Positions 53,149 to 63,192 of a stretch of DNA of 64,000 nt are shown one piece after another. The DNA lies in the NCBI GenBank assembly GCA_964347415.1, contig CAYFYJ010000009.1:7940-71939 (forward strand). Reading direction: 5' to 3'. Each line of letters opens with the position of its first letter. Position 1 is the first letter of the stretch. The position numbers and the translations under genes were made by a program. The DNA comes from an uncultured archaeon. Lineage in GTDB: Archaea > Aenigmatarchaeota > Aenigmatarchaeia > CG10238-14. Under the pieces are notes generated by a model. The model saw nothing but the letters and a program-made list of their open reading frames with translations. It searched no databases and was not told where the DNA came from.

Positions 53149-54087
53149 TTAGGTTGCCCATTTTCCATCCTTAATAAGAACTTTTCCATCAACTTCCAAA
53201 GTCGGTTTTAGTATTACCCCATCTATGTGTAAAGGTACGTCAACCTTTCCGTGCATAGATAGACTGTTTCCTATGGCTATGTGAACTGTCCCGAATACTT
53301 TTTCATCCTCTAAGATGTTGCCGATTATCTTTGCTTTGGGGTTGGTCCCGATACCGATTTCTGCAATATTTCTTGCCAATCTCCCGGTTTCATTTATTTC
53401 CCTCTCAAGCCTTTCTGAGCCTTTTATCTCCTCGACAAAGCCATTCTTCACCATATATCTTATCCCTTCTCCGTAAAAGGCCATTTTATCTATGACTATG
53501 GTTCCTTGAGAGGTTCCTTCTACTGGTGCGGTCGCGGCTTCTCCTGCGGGCAAGTTGCAAAAATTGCCTTTTTCATGGATCATACCATCGTCCTTAACCC
53601 ACTCCCTGCCTTCAACACTCGCAGTAAAGTCTGTTCCGTTATCAGAAGTTATCCTGATTTTTTTGGCGTTTTCTAGCTTTTTAACCATGTTTCCAGTTAA
53701 CTTTTTTACTTCCTGATAATCCGCTGTTAATCCTCCCTCTGTGAAAGAGAACTTTGTTACTTTTGGCATTGAAGCTATCCTCACTCCTGCCTCAGATGCG
53801 TTTCTTCTCGCGGCTGTATGAGATATCGACCAAGAAGTTAGGATAAACAGGGCATCAGGAGTCTTCATCAATTCAGCTATTTCTTTAGATGGTTCTGTCC
53901 CGTTAACCTCTCTTGGTGGTATTAATTGAATCATACACTCGGCTCCCGTTTCTTTGACAGCTTTTGCTAATGCTTCGGAAAGTTCTATGGGCATCTTTTT
54001 GTCAGTGATGATGATTACTTTCTCGTCTGGTTTGATGTTCATGCATTGGTTTACAGCTATTCTTGCTCCTTCCATTAAATCGCTCAT
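53149..54087 (-). CDS. M29/AmpS-like aminopeptidase family protein
   Basis: 312 aa; N-terminus GARIAVNQCMNIKPDEKVIIITD, C-terminus EIGIGTNP..GTVHIAIG..HIDGV pattern of COG2309-type proteins. Confidence 0.65.
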   Translation of the reverse strand: MSDLMEGARIAVNQCMNIKPDEKVIIITDKKMPIELSEALAKAVKETGAECMIQLIPPREVNGTEPSKEIAELMKTPDALFILTSWSISHTAARRNASEAGVRIASMPKVTKFSFTEGGLTADYQEVKKLTGNMVKKLENAKKIRITSDNGTDFTASVEGREWVKDDGMIHEKGNFCNLPAGEAATAPVEGTSQGTIVIDKMAFYGEGIRYMVKNGFVEEIKGSERLEREINETGRLARNIAEIGIGTNPKAKIIGNILEDEKVFGTVHIAIGNSLSMHGKVDVPLHIDGVILKPTLEVDGKVLIKDGKWAT

Positions 54088-54138
54088 AATTAATTGTTTG
54101 AATAGAACTTTAAAAATTAACTGGGGGATATGACTTCC

Positions 54139-54459
54139 TTAGATCAGTTTATATTGATGTAACCAATATTTCCGGGTTTCAATGTCAAGTCCATTGAATC
54201 TTTCTTGTACTCTTCTCCATTGGTCGTGATTCAAAGGCGTTTTACCAGTCAATAAATTTCCTACGATCTTTTTTAATATACCATTACGCCTCGGACCATC
54301 TCCTAACTTATAATCAACTTCAAATCCAAGATGTTCACAGAATCCCAATTTATCTGCAAAACTATAAGCAGTTGCGTTGAGCATACATTCTCTGACAGCT
54401 CGAAAACGTTTGACGTCTAGAGAACGGATTGTTGCTCCAACTAAATTCATATAACTCAT
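54139..54459 (-). CDS. Hypothetical protein (106 aa)
   Basis: Clean ORF with no motif recognised. Confidence 0.4.
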   Translation of the reverse strand: MSYMNLVGATIRSLDVKRFRAVRECMLNATAYSFADKLGFCEHLGFEVDYKLGDGPRRNGILKKIVGNLLTGKTPLNHDQWRRVQERFNGLDIETRKYWLHQYKLI

Positions 54460-54553
54460 AATTAAAAAAACAATAGTTGAACATTTAAATTTAACTTTTT
54501 CAATCCCAAAGAATAAAAGTTACAAAACGAATAATCTTCTAGGACGTGAACAT

Positions 54554-55828
54554 GTGATTCGTTTATCTTTTTTAGGAGGCACTAGGGAGGTTGGACGTTC
54601 CGCTGTCCTAGTCGATACTGGTTCAGAAAAGATAATATTAGATTATGGTGTTAAAATAAACGTTAAACCAACTCAATACCCTCAAGAAGTTAAAACAAAA
54701 CTAAATGCCATCTTATTATCTCATGCACACCTTGACCATTCAGGTGCTATACCAATACTATACCATCAGGGCCAGAAATGCACTTTTTATGGATTGGATA
54801 TAGACAAGCCATTATCAAGGATGCTTATGTTAGATTCTTGGAAGATATCTAGATATGAGGGGGAAGAGGAAAGGTACACAAAAAAAGATGTAAGAACTGC
54901 TATGAGACGTTTCAGACCTGTAAAATATAATAGATCGTTTAGAATTGGCAAGACAAGAGTGACATTTCTCAACGCTGGTCATATTCCAGGTTCTGCCATG
55001 ATTCTGTTGGAGAAGAATAAAAAGAGGATACTCTATACAGGCGATTTTAACCTATCGGATACCAGACTGACAACCGGGGCAGATTTTAACATGCCGAATG
55101 TCGATATATTGATAACCGAAAGTACTTATTCTGACAGAGAACATCCTGATCGGTCTAAAGAAGAGAGGAATATGGTTGAAGCTATAGAAGGGGCTATAGC
55201 CAATGAGGGCGTTGCCTTAATATCATGCTTTGCTATTGCCAGAACTCAAGAAATACTCTTAATACTAGATGAGTATGAATTAAAAGAAACGATTTACATT
55301 GATGGTATGAGTAAAAAAACTACGAGAATAATCGATTCCTATCCAGAACTACAAAAAGATCATGATCAAGTTAAGCGAGCTTTAAATAGGCTAAACGTGA
55401 AATTCATCACTAACCCTTCCATACGAAGAAAGGCAATAAAGAAACCTTCCATCATCGTTACAACTTCTGGCATGTTGACAGGGGGGCCAGTTGCTCATTA
55501 TATAGAAAAACTACATGATAGAACTGATTGTACACTCATACTCACTGGCTTCCAAGTACCAGGAACTGAAGGATCTTTGCTCTTAAAGACCGGAAGATAC
55601 ATCCATGAGGATCTCGATTTAAAGATGAAGATGTCGGTTAGACAATTCCATTTTAGTTCACATGCTTCTAGGACTGATTTGTTTAAGTTTGCAAGGCAGC
55701 TAAACCCAGAAAAGATATTCTGTGTCCATGGTGATAATACTATCAGGTTTGCCAAAGAATTGAAACATGATTATGGATTCGATGCAATCTCACCCAAAGA
55801 TAATAGAGTCTTTTTAATAGACGGTTGA
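54554..55828 (+). CDS. Metallo-beta-lactamase/beta-CASP ribonuclease (aCPSF2-like, no KH domains)
   Basis: FLGGTREVGRS, LLSHAHLDHSGAIP, beta-CASP region, C-terminal CVHGD. Confidence 0.85.
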   Translation: MIRLSFLGGTREVGRSAVLVDTGSEKIILDYGVKINVKPTQYPQEVKTKLNAILLSHAHLDHSGAIPILYHQGQKCTFYGLDIDKPLSRMLMLDSWKISRYEGEEERYTKKDVRTAMRRFRPVKYNRSFRIGKTRVTFLNAGHIPGSAMILLEKNKKRILYTGDFNLSDTRLTTGADFNMPNVDILITESTYSDREHPDRSKEERNMVEAIEGAIANEGVALISCFAIARTQEILLILDEYELKETIYIDGMSKKTTRIIDSYPELQKDHDQVKRALNRLNVKFITNPSIRRKAIKKPSIIVTTSGMLTGGPVAHYIEKLHDRTDCTLILTGFQVPGTEGSLLLKTGRYIHEDLDLKMKMSVRQFHFSSHASRTDLFKFARQLNPEKIFCVHGDNTIRFAKELKHDYGFDAISPKDNRVFLIDG

Positions 55829-56116
55829 ATAGAATACGTACAACACGAGTATCAGAATAAAAATGAATGCAGCATAGATCAGTATCAACTTTACTAGTGA
55901 TATAGCGGTTTTGAACAAATATTTCCATAGGAAAACAACAAAAAGACCCCCGACAATTACAGCTACTACAAGGCCTGTTATACCCATTCGTGATGTCCAC
56001 ATTAAAGATGCGAACAATTCCACTAAAAGTTTATACAGATTTAACAGAGTGTTAACAGAACTCATTATTAATAAGAGGGCTATTTCGATGATTATGTCTA
56101 ACGGTGTTTTAACCAT
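55814..56116 (-). CDS. Small membrane protein (3 TM)
   Basis: 100-aa hydrophobic ORF. Confidence 0.45.
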   Translation of the reverse strand: MVKTPLDIIIEIALLLIMSSVNTLLNLYKLLVELFASLMWTSRMGITGLVVAVIVGGLFVVFLWKYLFKTAISLVKLILIYAAFIFILILVLYVFYSTVY

Positions 56117-56204
56117 AATTATTCTATAGATTTTTGATAATAAATTCTATTAGCTAGAAGATTTTGAAAAAAAGAAAAATAAAAAATCGAGGCTGTTATT
56201 CAAC

Positions 56205-56570
56205 CTACTTTTTTTTGTACACCATTTCGTACACGGCTTTCAAAGCTACTAGTATAGCTGCTGGAGCAACGAATACAGCGATTTGTGTTAGTATTCCGCC
56301 GATGTATGATCCTATTACTGGTAAAGTTTCCAACCCTGCTCCACCTACTGCGAGTAATGCTATTGCCGCTATCAAGAAGTTTACAGCTTCCTTCTGTCCG
56401 ATGTTGTAGAAACCAACGACCAATCCCAGTATTATCATTATGTATGTTATTATTTCTTGGTACTCTGTTGCTACGAAACCACTGAACAATCCTAAGATTA
56501 TTGCTAGCACTACTCCAATTATGAAAGCCCAGTTTCCATATTCGGATTTCACCATTATTTCACCTACCAT
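56205..56570 (-). CDS. Small membrane protein (4 TM)
   Basis: 121-aa hydrophobic ORF; NWAFIIGVVLAIILG.. Confidence 0.55.
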   Translation of the reverse strand: MVGEIMVKSEYGNWAFIIGVVLAIILGLFSGFVATEYQEIITYIMIILGLVVGFYNIGQKEAVNFLIAAIALLAVGGAGLETLPVIGSYIGGILTQIAVFVAPAAILVALKAVYEMVYKKK

Positions 56571-56710
56571 ATCTTTTCACGGGTCATGTTTTAAAGGTTT
56601 CAGTTTTTCTTAAAGTATAAATACTTTCCAGTGATAACGAAAGATTTATAAGTATTTCGATACTTTACAGTAGTAACATTTATATACTAGTACTACTAAG
56701 TAGTGACATT

Positions 56711-56989
56711 ATGAAAATGCAACCGAGAGAAATCATAAAGACATGCTCAACGCATTATCAGACATGGAAGAATGAGGCGTTGAGAGCTCAGACTAGAGAA
56801 GAGATGAAAAGATTCTTGGACAAGGCTTTCTTCTGGTTAGAGCTCCAGAGTAATCTTTTGATGCTGTGGACGATTGAAAACACGATGGGGAACGATCCGA
56901 ACATCAAGAAAAAAATAGAAAAGGCGCAGACGAACGTCAACAAGAAAATAACTCAGTATGCCTCTGAAGTTTTGAAGAATTTAAGTTAA
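56711..56989 (+). CDS. Hypothetical helical protein (92 aa)
   Basis: ORF only. Confidence 0.4.
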   Translation: MKMQPREIIKTCSTHYQTWKNEALRAQTREEMKRFLDKAFFWLELQSNLLMLWTIENTMGNDPNIKKKIEKAQTNVNKKITQYASEVLKNLS

Positions 56990-57041
56990 TTCTTATCCCC
57001 TCCCTTTTTTCTTTTTAAATTCCAATTTCTCAATTAATTTT

Positions 57042-58076
57042 ATGATTGAGATTGATGGTTCGATAGGTGGGGGGCAACTCTTAAGAACCGCTATAAGTCT
57101 CTCTGCTCTGACTGAAAAACCAGTAAAAATAACCAACATAAGGAAAGGCAAGACGACTGGAAAACCTGGTCTACGTCCTCAACATATGATGGGAATAAAG
57201 GCTACTGGCGAGTTTTGCCAGGCAGAAGTAAAGGGGTTGAAAGAATCATCTTTAGAGTTAGAGTTTACACCAAAAAAACTGAATATCTATGATAAAGAAA
57301 TCGATATAGGAACGGCAGGTAGTATAGGACTCTTACTCCAAACCATAACTCCTGAACTTATCTTCAACGATAAACCAGTCACTCTTCAGATTCATGGTGG
57401 AACAGAGACTCGTTGGGCCCCTACAATCCAATACACAAGGGATGTTACGTTTCCTATCCTGAATATGATGGGCACTACCTTAAGTTTAGAATTGATAAAA
57501 CACGGATACTATCCTAAGGGTGGGGGGCATATCGAAGTTAAATCAAGACCTGTTAAAAAACTGGATCCTTTCGTTTATCTAGAGAGAGGTCAAATAAAGA
57601 ATATCCATGTTTCTTCTGTGTGTGGTAGTTTGCCTCTACATGTGGCAGAGAGACAGGGTAAGTCAGCCTTAAGAACAATTCAGTATCATTGCCCTGATGC
57701 TAAAGTTTCGATGGATTATAAATCCGTTGACTCGCTCAGCCCTGGGAGTAGTGTCAATTGCTATGCTGTTTGTGAGAACTCTATCATCGGTTCTAGTTGT
57801 TTAGGTGAAAGGGGCATGAGGGCAGAAGTTGTTGGGGAAAGGGCAGCAGATGATCTAGTAAAAGCATTAAAATCGAACGCAGCCTTGGACAAATACATGG
57901 CTGATCAGATTCTAGTCTTTCTAGCTCTCGCTAAAGGAAAGTCAAGAGTAAGAGTTGAGGAAATTACTGAACACTGTAGGACTAACATCAGCGTTATCGA
58001 AGAAATCCTACCAGTCGAGTTCAAAACGAATGAAAAAATAATCGAAATTGAAGGAATAGGTTTTGAAAAACCTTAG
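57042..58076 (+). CDS. rtcA: RNA 3'-terminal phosphate cyclase
   Basis: MIEIDGSIGGGQLLRTAISLSALTEKPVKITNIR, ..YMADQILVFLALA..; 344 aa. Confidence 0.9.
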   Translation: MIEIDGSIGGGQLLRTAISLSALTEKPVKITNIRKGKTTGKPGLRPQHMMGIKATGEFCQAEVKGLKESSLELEFTPKKLNIYDKEIDIGTAGSIGLLLQTITPELIFNDKPVTLQIHGGTETRWAPTIQYTRDVTFPILNMMGTTLSLELIKHGYYPKGGGHIEVKSRPVKKLDPFVYLERGQIKNIHVSSVCGSLPLHVAERQGKSALRTIQYHCPDAKVSMDYKSVDSLSPGSSVNCYAVCENSIIGSSCLGERGMRAEVVGERAADDLVKALKSNAALDKYMADQILVFLALAKGKSRVRVEEITEHCRTNISVIEEILPVEFKTNEKIIEIEGIGFEKP

Positions 58077-58252
58077 TTCTCCTTCTCGTGTTCAACATCG
58101 AACCCCATTCTCATGAGACCAAGTTTTACTCTAGGATGGAGTTTCTTCTTAAGTCTAACCTTTTTCAACTCCTTTTCTTTTCTTAATTTCTCCATTTCTT
58201 CTGTTCTTAACCTATGTAGTTTAGTTATCATACCATCAACCCCAAAAATCAT
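58073..58252 (-). CDS. Possible small basic coiled-coil protein (59 aa)
   Basis: My own translation: MIFGVDGMITKLHRLRTEEMEKLRKEKELKKVRLKKKLHPRVKLGLMRMGFDVEHEKEN. One residue below the track cutoff, with no homology evidence. Confidence 0.3.
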   Translation of the reverse strand: MIFGVDGMITKLHRLRTEEMEKLRKEKELKKVRLKKKLHPRVKLGLMRMGFDVEHEKEN

Positions 58253-58327
58253 TCCTAGGAGGAAATGACGGATTCCAATAATATAGGGGCGCTTCCTTAT
58301 ATGTTTTTCGGTTATTTAGAGGCAAAA

Positions 58328-58846
58328 TCAGCCGAAATAATTCAAATTGTCCTTTTCAAAGTCTTCAACTATCTCAATATCCCTGATCTTCTTTGGTTCA
58401 TGATGTTCTAATCTACTGATATTAGAGAAAACAGAACCAATACCATATCGAGCGATTTGGGTGGCTGGATGATCTGATCCCAAGACTTTTTCAGAGATTG
58501 CATGCGTCAATATTTGAACTTCTTGTTCGTTCATGTAACCCAAGGAATGAATGTATTCATGGAGTAAGATGTGAAAGATGTATGCGTTTATTAGTTTCCT
58601 GTTACCTGACTTGATAACTTCTTTGAGTAGTTTCTTATTCATTATGATAAAGTTTGAGCCAATCTGATGTAATGCACCGACATAGTTTGGTAAATCGGTT
58701 AGACCAAGGATTAATCCTACTCTTCTTTTGTCGATGGCGGTTTCGACTGCTCCCTTGACCAATTGAAAAATAGAAGAGAAATCAGAGCATTCATTCAATT
58801 TATTCACAAAATCCATAACAATCCCTTTAGTGTTTATATACACCAT
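58328..58846 (-). CDS. Putative zinc metallopeptidase (HExxH)
   Basis: 172 aa with ILLHEYIHSLGY. Confidence 0.55.
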   Translation of the reverse strand: MVYINTKGIVMDFVNKLNECSDFSSIFQLVKGAVETAIDKRRVGLILGLTDLPNYVGALHQIGSNFIIMNKKLLKEVIKSGNRKLINAYIFHILLHEYIHSLGYMNEQEVQILTHAISEKVLGSDHPATQIARYGIGSVFSNISRLEHHEPKKIRDIEIVEDFEKDNLNYFG

Positions 58847-58952
58847 AACTACTATTTAAAAGTTTGCATCATTGGTGTTAAAAATTCGGGCTCAAAGGAC
58901 AACTTCTCATCTAAAATTGAGTTATTTATAACTAAAACTCCAAAAATAAATT

Positions 58953-59771
58953 ATGATTTCAAAAAGTATAAGAGAAGGCTTTAAATTCGCTCTTTCCGTG
59001 AAAAGAGTAATCCCGTACATAATAGTGGATTTGATTGTTTTCTACATACTAATCAGTTTTTTTAGCGGTTTACTCAAAATGATCGGATCCGAGGGATTTA
59101 ACGTACTAGGATTTTTGTTATCTTTAGGTATTTTCATTCCTGCTTTTATAATCATCGGTTTGGCCCAGATATGGATCAACGGGGCGATTATAGACCAAGC
59201 AAAATATTTTCCTAGACAAAAATCTTTGACAAAGAGTTTTGAATATTCTACTTCTAGATATTTGTCGATGTTATGTGCTTTAGTTATCTATACCATCATA
59301 AATTGGGTTCTTTCTATGCCTAAATATATAGGAACACTACTCGTTTTTGTTTTCAGTTTGATCGTGTACTACCTGTATCCTGCCATAATAATTGGGAAGG
59401 GAGGATGTGTGGATGGTTTCAAGAAGAGTTATAAGACTTTCAGAAAATATCCTTTGGAAACATTCGTAACAATGCTTCTGCAAGGAATAATAAGTTTCAT
59501 AATCATTGGAGTCTTTGCTTTGCCATTAATATTCTTATTCATAGGAAACATAGTCAGTATTTTTACAGCAATGATACCCACTACTATTGGTGCTGATGTC
59601 GGACCAGAGACTTTGATTCAATCAATTATGCCGGGGGTATTAGAGGCAGTTCGTTCACCGTTTTTTGTCCCATATCTTTTCATTCTAATCGTGGCTTTAT
59701 CCTTTAGTAAAGTTTTTAATCTGGGTGTACAGACGAGACTTTACATAAACGCTAGAAAAAAAGAATTGTAG
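58953..59771 (+). CDS. Polytopic membrane protein (about 6 TM)
   Basis: 272-aa hydrophobic ORF. Confidence 0.55.
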   Translation: MISKSIREGFKFALSVKRVIPYIIVDLIVFYILISFFSGLLKMIGSEGFNVLGFLLSLGIFIPAFIIIGLAQIWINGAIIDQAKYFPRQKSLTKSFEYSTSRYLSMLCALVIYTIINWVLSMPKYIGTLLVFVFSLIVYYLYPAIIIGKGGCVDGFKKSYKTFRKYPLETFVTMLLQGIISFIIIGVFALPLIFLFIGNIVSIFTAMIPTTIGADVGPETLIQSIMPGVLEAVRSPFFVPYLFILIVALSFSKVFNLGVQTRLYINARKKEL

Positions 59772-59779
59772 TTGATATA

Positions 59780-60220
59780 ATGGTTTTCGGTTTTGGGAAA
59801 GGAAAAATTGAAGTATCTCTTGAAAAATATAATTTCTCTCCTGGGGAGATCATAAAAGGGAAAATTTCACTAAAACTCAAAAAACCTACTCGGGCGAAAG
59901 CATTAAAAGTTGGTTTGGTGGGAGAGAAGAAAACGACGCAATATAGAACGAGTAGTAGTAGTCAAAGCAAAACACATTTTTTTGATTTTGAGATGCCATT
60001 GGATGGGGAAAAGGAATATCTTGAAGGGGATTATAATTTTGAAATAAAAATTCCTGCGAATGTTTTACAGGTACAGCCCGGAGGCGCTGTTGGAGACATT
60101 GTAAAGGGTATACAACTTCTTTCTGGAAAAGATGTAAAGATATCGTGGCATGTTATAGCAAAACTAGATATCCCATCTGGGATTGATGTCTCTAAAAAAG
60201 TTCAAGTCAATATTGGATGA
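59780..60220 (+). CDS. Spo0M/arrestin-like beta-sandwich protein
   Basis: GKIEVSLEKYNFSPGEIIKGKISLKL resembles the Spo0M N-terminus (AKVDTKLDKSSFMPGEVLKGEVHIQG, recalled from memory). Confidence 0.5.
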   Translation: MVFGFGKGKIEVSLEKYNFSPGEIIKGKISLKLKKPTRAKALKVGLVGEKKTTQYRTSSSSQSKTHFFDFEMPLDGEKEYLEGDYNFEIKIPANVLQVQPGGAVGDIVKGIQLLSGKDVKISWHVIAKLDIPSGIDVSKKVQVNIG

Positions 60221-60228
60221 GCCAAAAA

Positions 60229-60435
60229 TCAACGGCGTCTTCTTATCTTAGCAGCCCTGTAATCTAGATAATACTGAAACAGGAAAAAGACAACCGCAAA
60301 AAACAGCGCAATCATGAGAGCATAACCATACTCTACTGGCTTTCCCATCAGTACGTCCATGATCAGAGATATAAAGAAGATTATTATACCGGCGATTACT
60401 GGTTTGACAAAAGGATATTTTCTGGGTCTTGACAT
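60229..60435 (-). CDS. Small membrane protein (2 TM)
   Basis: 68-aa ORF with basic ends. Confidence 0.45.
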   Translation of the reverse strand: MSRPRKYPFVKPVIAGIIIFFISLIMDVLMGKPVEYGYALMIALFFAVVFFLFQYYLDYRAAKIRRRR

Positions 60436-60456
60436 ACTATAATAATTTGGTCAAGG

Positions 60457-61239
60457 TTAGATAAACTTTGCTACTGCTCCTATCGCTGTAGCTATTTCTG
60501 CGTTTTCAGGAACTATCAAGTTAAACTCACCTATAAACCCTATCCTCAGTTTGATAATTGATTGAATTAATTTCATGTTTATCACTTTTCCAGTAAAAAC
60601 TATGTTCTCATGTTTTTCTGCTTTTGCAGCAAACCCAACTGTGGCTCCAATGTCCTGAGCGACTAAGTTGAACAATGCCAAAGCCAAGTCTGATTTTTCC
60701 GGATTCTTTAAATGTCCAAAATGGGCAGCTGTACATTTAGGATCTAGAAGACCGATGCCGTTGGGATAGATGTCTTCTAATGTTAGATCGACCTTAGATA
60801 AATCACCCTTTTCAGCCAATCTTTCAATCTCATTCAAGTTATCAGTGTTTAAAATTAATTTTGACAGGCCGATGAGAGTCCTACCACCAACAGCAGTTCC
60901 CCCGATGTGTCTGATATCTTCATCCACAGAGACCATACACGTCCCTGAACCAAGACTCGCGACCAAAAGCCTATCTTTATTAGAAACAAACTTTCCACCT
61001 AAACCGATAGCTTGGATTTCATCGACTTTTTTTACAGGAATTTCCTTTAACTTAGTTTCTAATTTTCTTGCCCCGCAACCAGTCGCGGCAATTAGTTCTA
61101 TTTTTTTCAAAGGAAACTTTTCTAGAACTTTGTTTAAGTCAAGTTTATCAGACATGAAACTGCAAGATTCGATCAACTCCTTATTTTCCATTAAAACAAA
61201 ATCTGTGGTCGAACTTCCAAGATCGATTCCTAAAATCAT
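60457..61239 (-). CDS. coaW: Type II pantothenate kinase (ASKHA fold)
   Basis: MILGIDLGSSTTDFV, LGSGTCMVSV..IGGTAVGGRTLIGL, DLTLEDIY..CTAAHFGHL and ENAEIATAIGAV are collinear with the staphylococcal type II PanK as I recall it. Confidence 0.7.
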   Translation of the reverse strand: MILGIDLGSSTTDFVLMENKELIESCSFMSDKLDLNKVLEKFPLKKIELIAATGCGARKLETKLKEIPVKKVDEIQAIGLGGKFVSNKDRLLVASLGSGTCMVSVDEDIRHIGGTAVGGRTLIGLSKLILNTDNLNEIERLAEKGDLSKVDLTLEDIYPNGIGLLDPKCTAAHFGHLKNPEKSDLALALFNLVAQDIGATVGFAAKAEKHENIVFTGKVINMKLIQSIIKLRIGFIGEFNLIVPENAEIATAIGAVAKFI

Positions 61240-61252
61240 TCTAACACCATTT

Positions 61253-63016
61253 TCATTTTACCAGTTTAATCCTTTTGACAATTAGTGCAATAATTGTTAT
61301 AACACTGAAAGACCCGATGAGTAGAATAGCTGATACTGTAGTAGGAATGCCAAAAACAAACATAGCTTTATGTGTAAGGCCGGCAATCCCCTCACCTCCC
61401 ATGATTCCTGCAGCAAGAATAACTCCGATCTGATATACTTTAGGTTTTTTCCTGTCAGTGAATAATCTTATCAAACCTCCAAGCGCTAAAAGGATACCGA
61501 GTGTTAGGCCAAGGAAAAGACCGATACCGAATATCATTGGGAGTATGGGGGCTCTCTTCTTCAAGGCATTTTCTAGAACTATCCAAACAAAGGCGATCGA
61601 GAAACCTAAAACAAATGCAAGAGGATGTGCGAAGCCAAAAATAGAACCTGCAACCATCTGAGCTTGAGGAGCCGGCATGGATGGAGTGAAGAGCTCGTCC
61701 TGATATGAAGTTATAATGAAGTTAATTACTAACGGTGCAAGAAGACCAGCCACAATAACAGTAATCAGATCGACCTTGATTATGTCTTTTACTTTTGTCC
61801 CAAGAATCTGTGCAGATTTATAGTCATGTCCAATATCACCAGCGATTGCGCTCGCTATGGAAACAAAACAAACAATCAAAAACACAGAAAGGTAGTCAAA
61901 GTTCAAACCTATTGCAGCAAAGATACCAATAGCAAGGAGACCGATTATGATGCCAAATTGCTCGAGCGGATCAATATCAGTTTCACCTGTCATTTTAGCC
62001 GCCACACTTACCATGATCCAAACTCCAAAGACTGCGATTAGTGAAGCTAGAGGATTAACTCCTGCAAACCAGAGAATGAAGAATGCGATTACTGAGAAAA
62101 AAGGCGTAAACCTCATGTACCATGGAGTATTTTTCCATCTGAATAATGGAGAAAAAATTTTCTTTGCCCTTGGAATCACAAAAGAAACAAAGAAACCTAT
62201 TCCCCCGCCAATGACCATACCCATCCCTACATTCTGCATTACACCCGCCCCAATGGATGGCTCAAATATTTGATAGGATGCTAAGAGCGGTATCAATACA
62301 AGCCAACCTATTGCTGATCCAAGGAACCATGAGTTTATGGATGCTTTGTGACCTAGAAGATATCCAATACCAATCGCAAGAGGCATTGGGTAAAATGCAA
62401 GTGTTAAACCTATCTCTGGGGAAATGCTGAGAGCCCAGCCTGCAGGAAAATATAATTCTCTCAGAATTACAAAGATTCCTGTAATGGCCAAAGCGATTAT
62501 AATATAGAAAGTATTCTTAGTTAGTTGTGCACTGGCTTTTATAACCTCAGCGCCTGCAGTGCCACTTGGATAAGGGAGTTTCTCTTTTTCAACAAACATT
62601 CTTCTCAATGGGACAGAAAGCAAAACGCCAAGAACACCAGCAGTAACACAAACAGAAGCAAGAGATATTACTGAAGGCAACGGGACTATAACACCTTGGG
62701 ATTGAAGATACAGAATACCTGGGATTGTAAAGACGACGCCCGAAGCGAGCAACCCACCTATCGTTCCTCCTGACTGTGCAACGTTGATTTCATGAACGTT
62801 CGTCTTTCTTGAAATCCTTGAAACAAGTTGCAAAGATGCAGCAGCAATAACAACACTAAAAATTATTGGCCAGGGCAATGCACCCATTTTTAACGCGATG
62901 TAACTCGATGTGATCATGAGAAAAATTGTTAGCAGCACAGCGATAACACAGGACCTTAAGGTAAAACCCGGTTCTCCTTTGTCTTCAATGAATTTTTTCT
63001 TGGGGCTGGTTTTCAT
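61253..63016 (-). CDS. OPT-family oligopeptide transporter
   Basis: 587 aa, about 16 TM; N-terminus GFTLRSCVIAVLLTIFLMITSSYIALKMGALPWPIIFSVV is typical of the OPT family. Confidence 0.8.
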   Translation of the reverse strand: MKTSPKKKFIEDKGEPGFTLRSCVIAVLLTIFLMITSSYIALKMGALPWPIIFSVVIAAASLQLVSRISRKTNVHEINVAQSGGTIGGLLASGVVFTIPGILYLQSQGVIVPLPSVISLASVCVTAGVLGVLLSVPLRRMFVEKEKLPYPSGTAGAEVIKASAQLTKNTFYIIIALAITGIFVILRELYFPAGWALSISPEIGLTLAFYPMPLAIGIGYLLGHKASINSWFLGSAIGWLVLIPLLASYQIFEPSIGAGVMQNVGMGMVIGGGIGFFVSFVIPRAKKIFSPLFRWKNTPWYMRFTPFFSVIAFFILWFAGVNPLASLIAVFGVWIMVSVAAKMTGETDIDPLEQFGIIIGLLAIGIFAAIGLNFDYLSVFLIVCFVSIASAIAGDIGHDYKSAQILGTKVKDIIKVDLITVIVAGLLAPLVINFIITSYQDELFTPSMPAPQAQMVAGSIFGFAHPLAFVLGFSIAFVWIVLENALKKRAPILPMIFGIGLFLGLTLGILLALGGLIRLFTDRKKPKVYQIGVILAAGIMGGEGIAGLTHKAMFVFGIPTTVSAILLIGSFSVITIIALIVKRIKLVK

Positions 63017-63192
63017 GTAATCTTATTAACAACTTAGTCTTAAATAAATTGGGAATCATTAATCCAAATTCTTAAAACCACTCAAAACCATTCCCAAAAT
63101 ACCAAAGAAATTACGACTTTTCCTCGTTAGACCTTGATTAAACGAAAAGAAAACTTTAAAAGAATACGATTCATAGGAATTTTGGGATAAAT

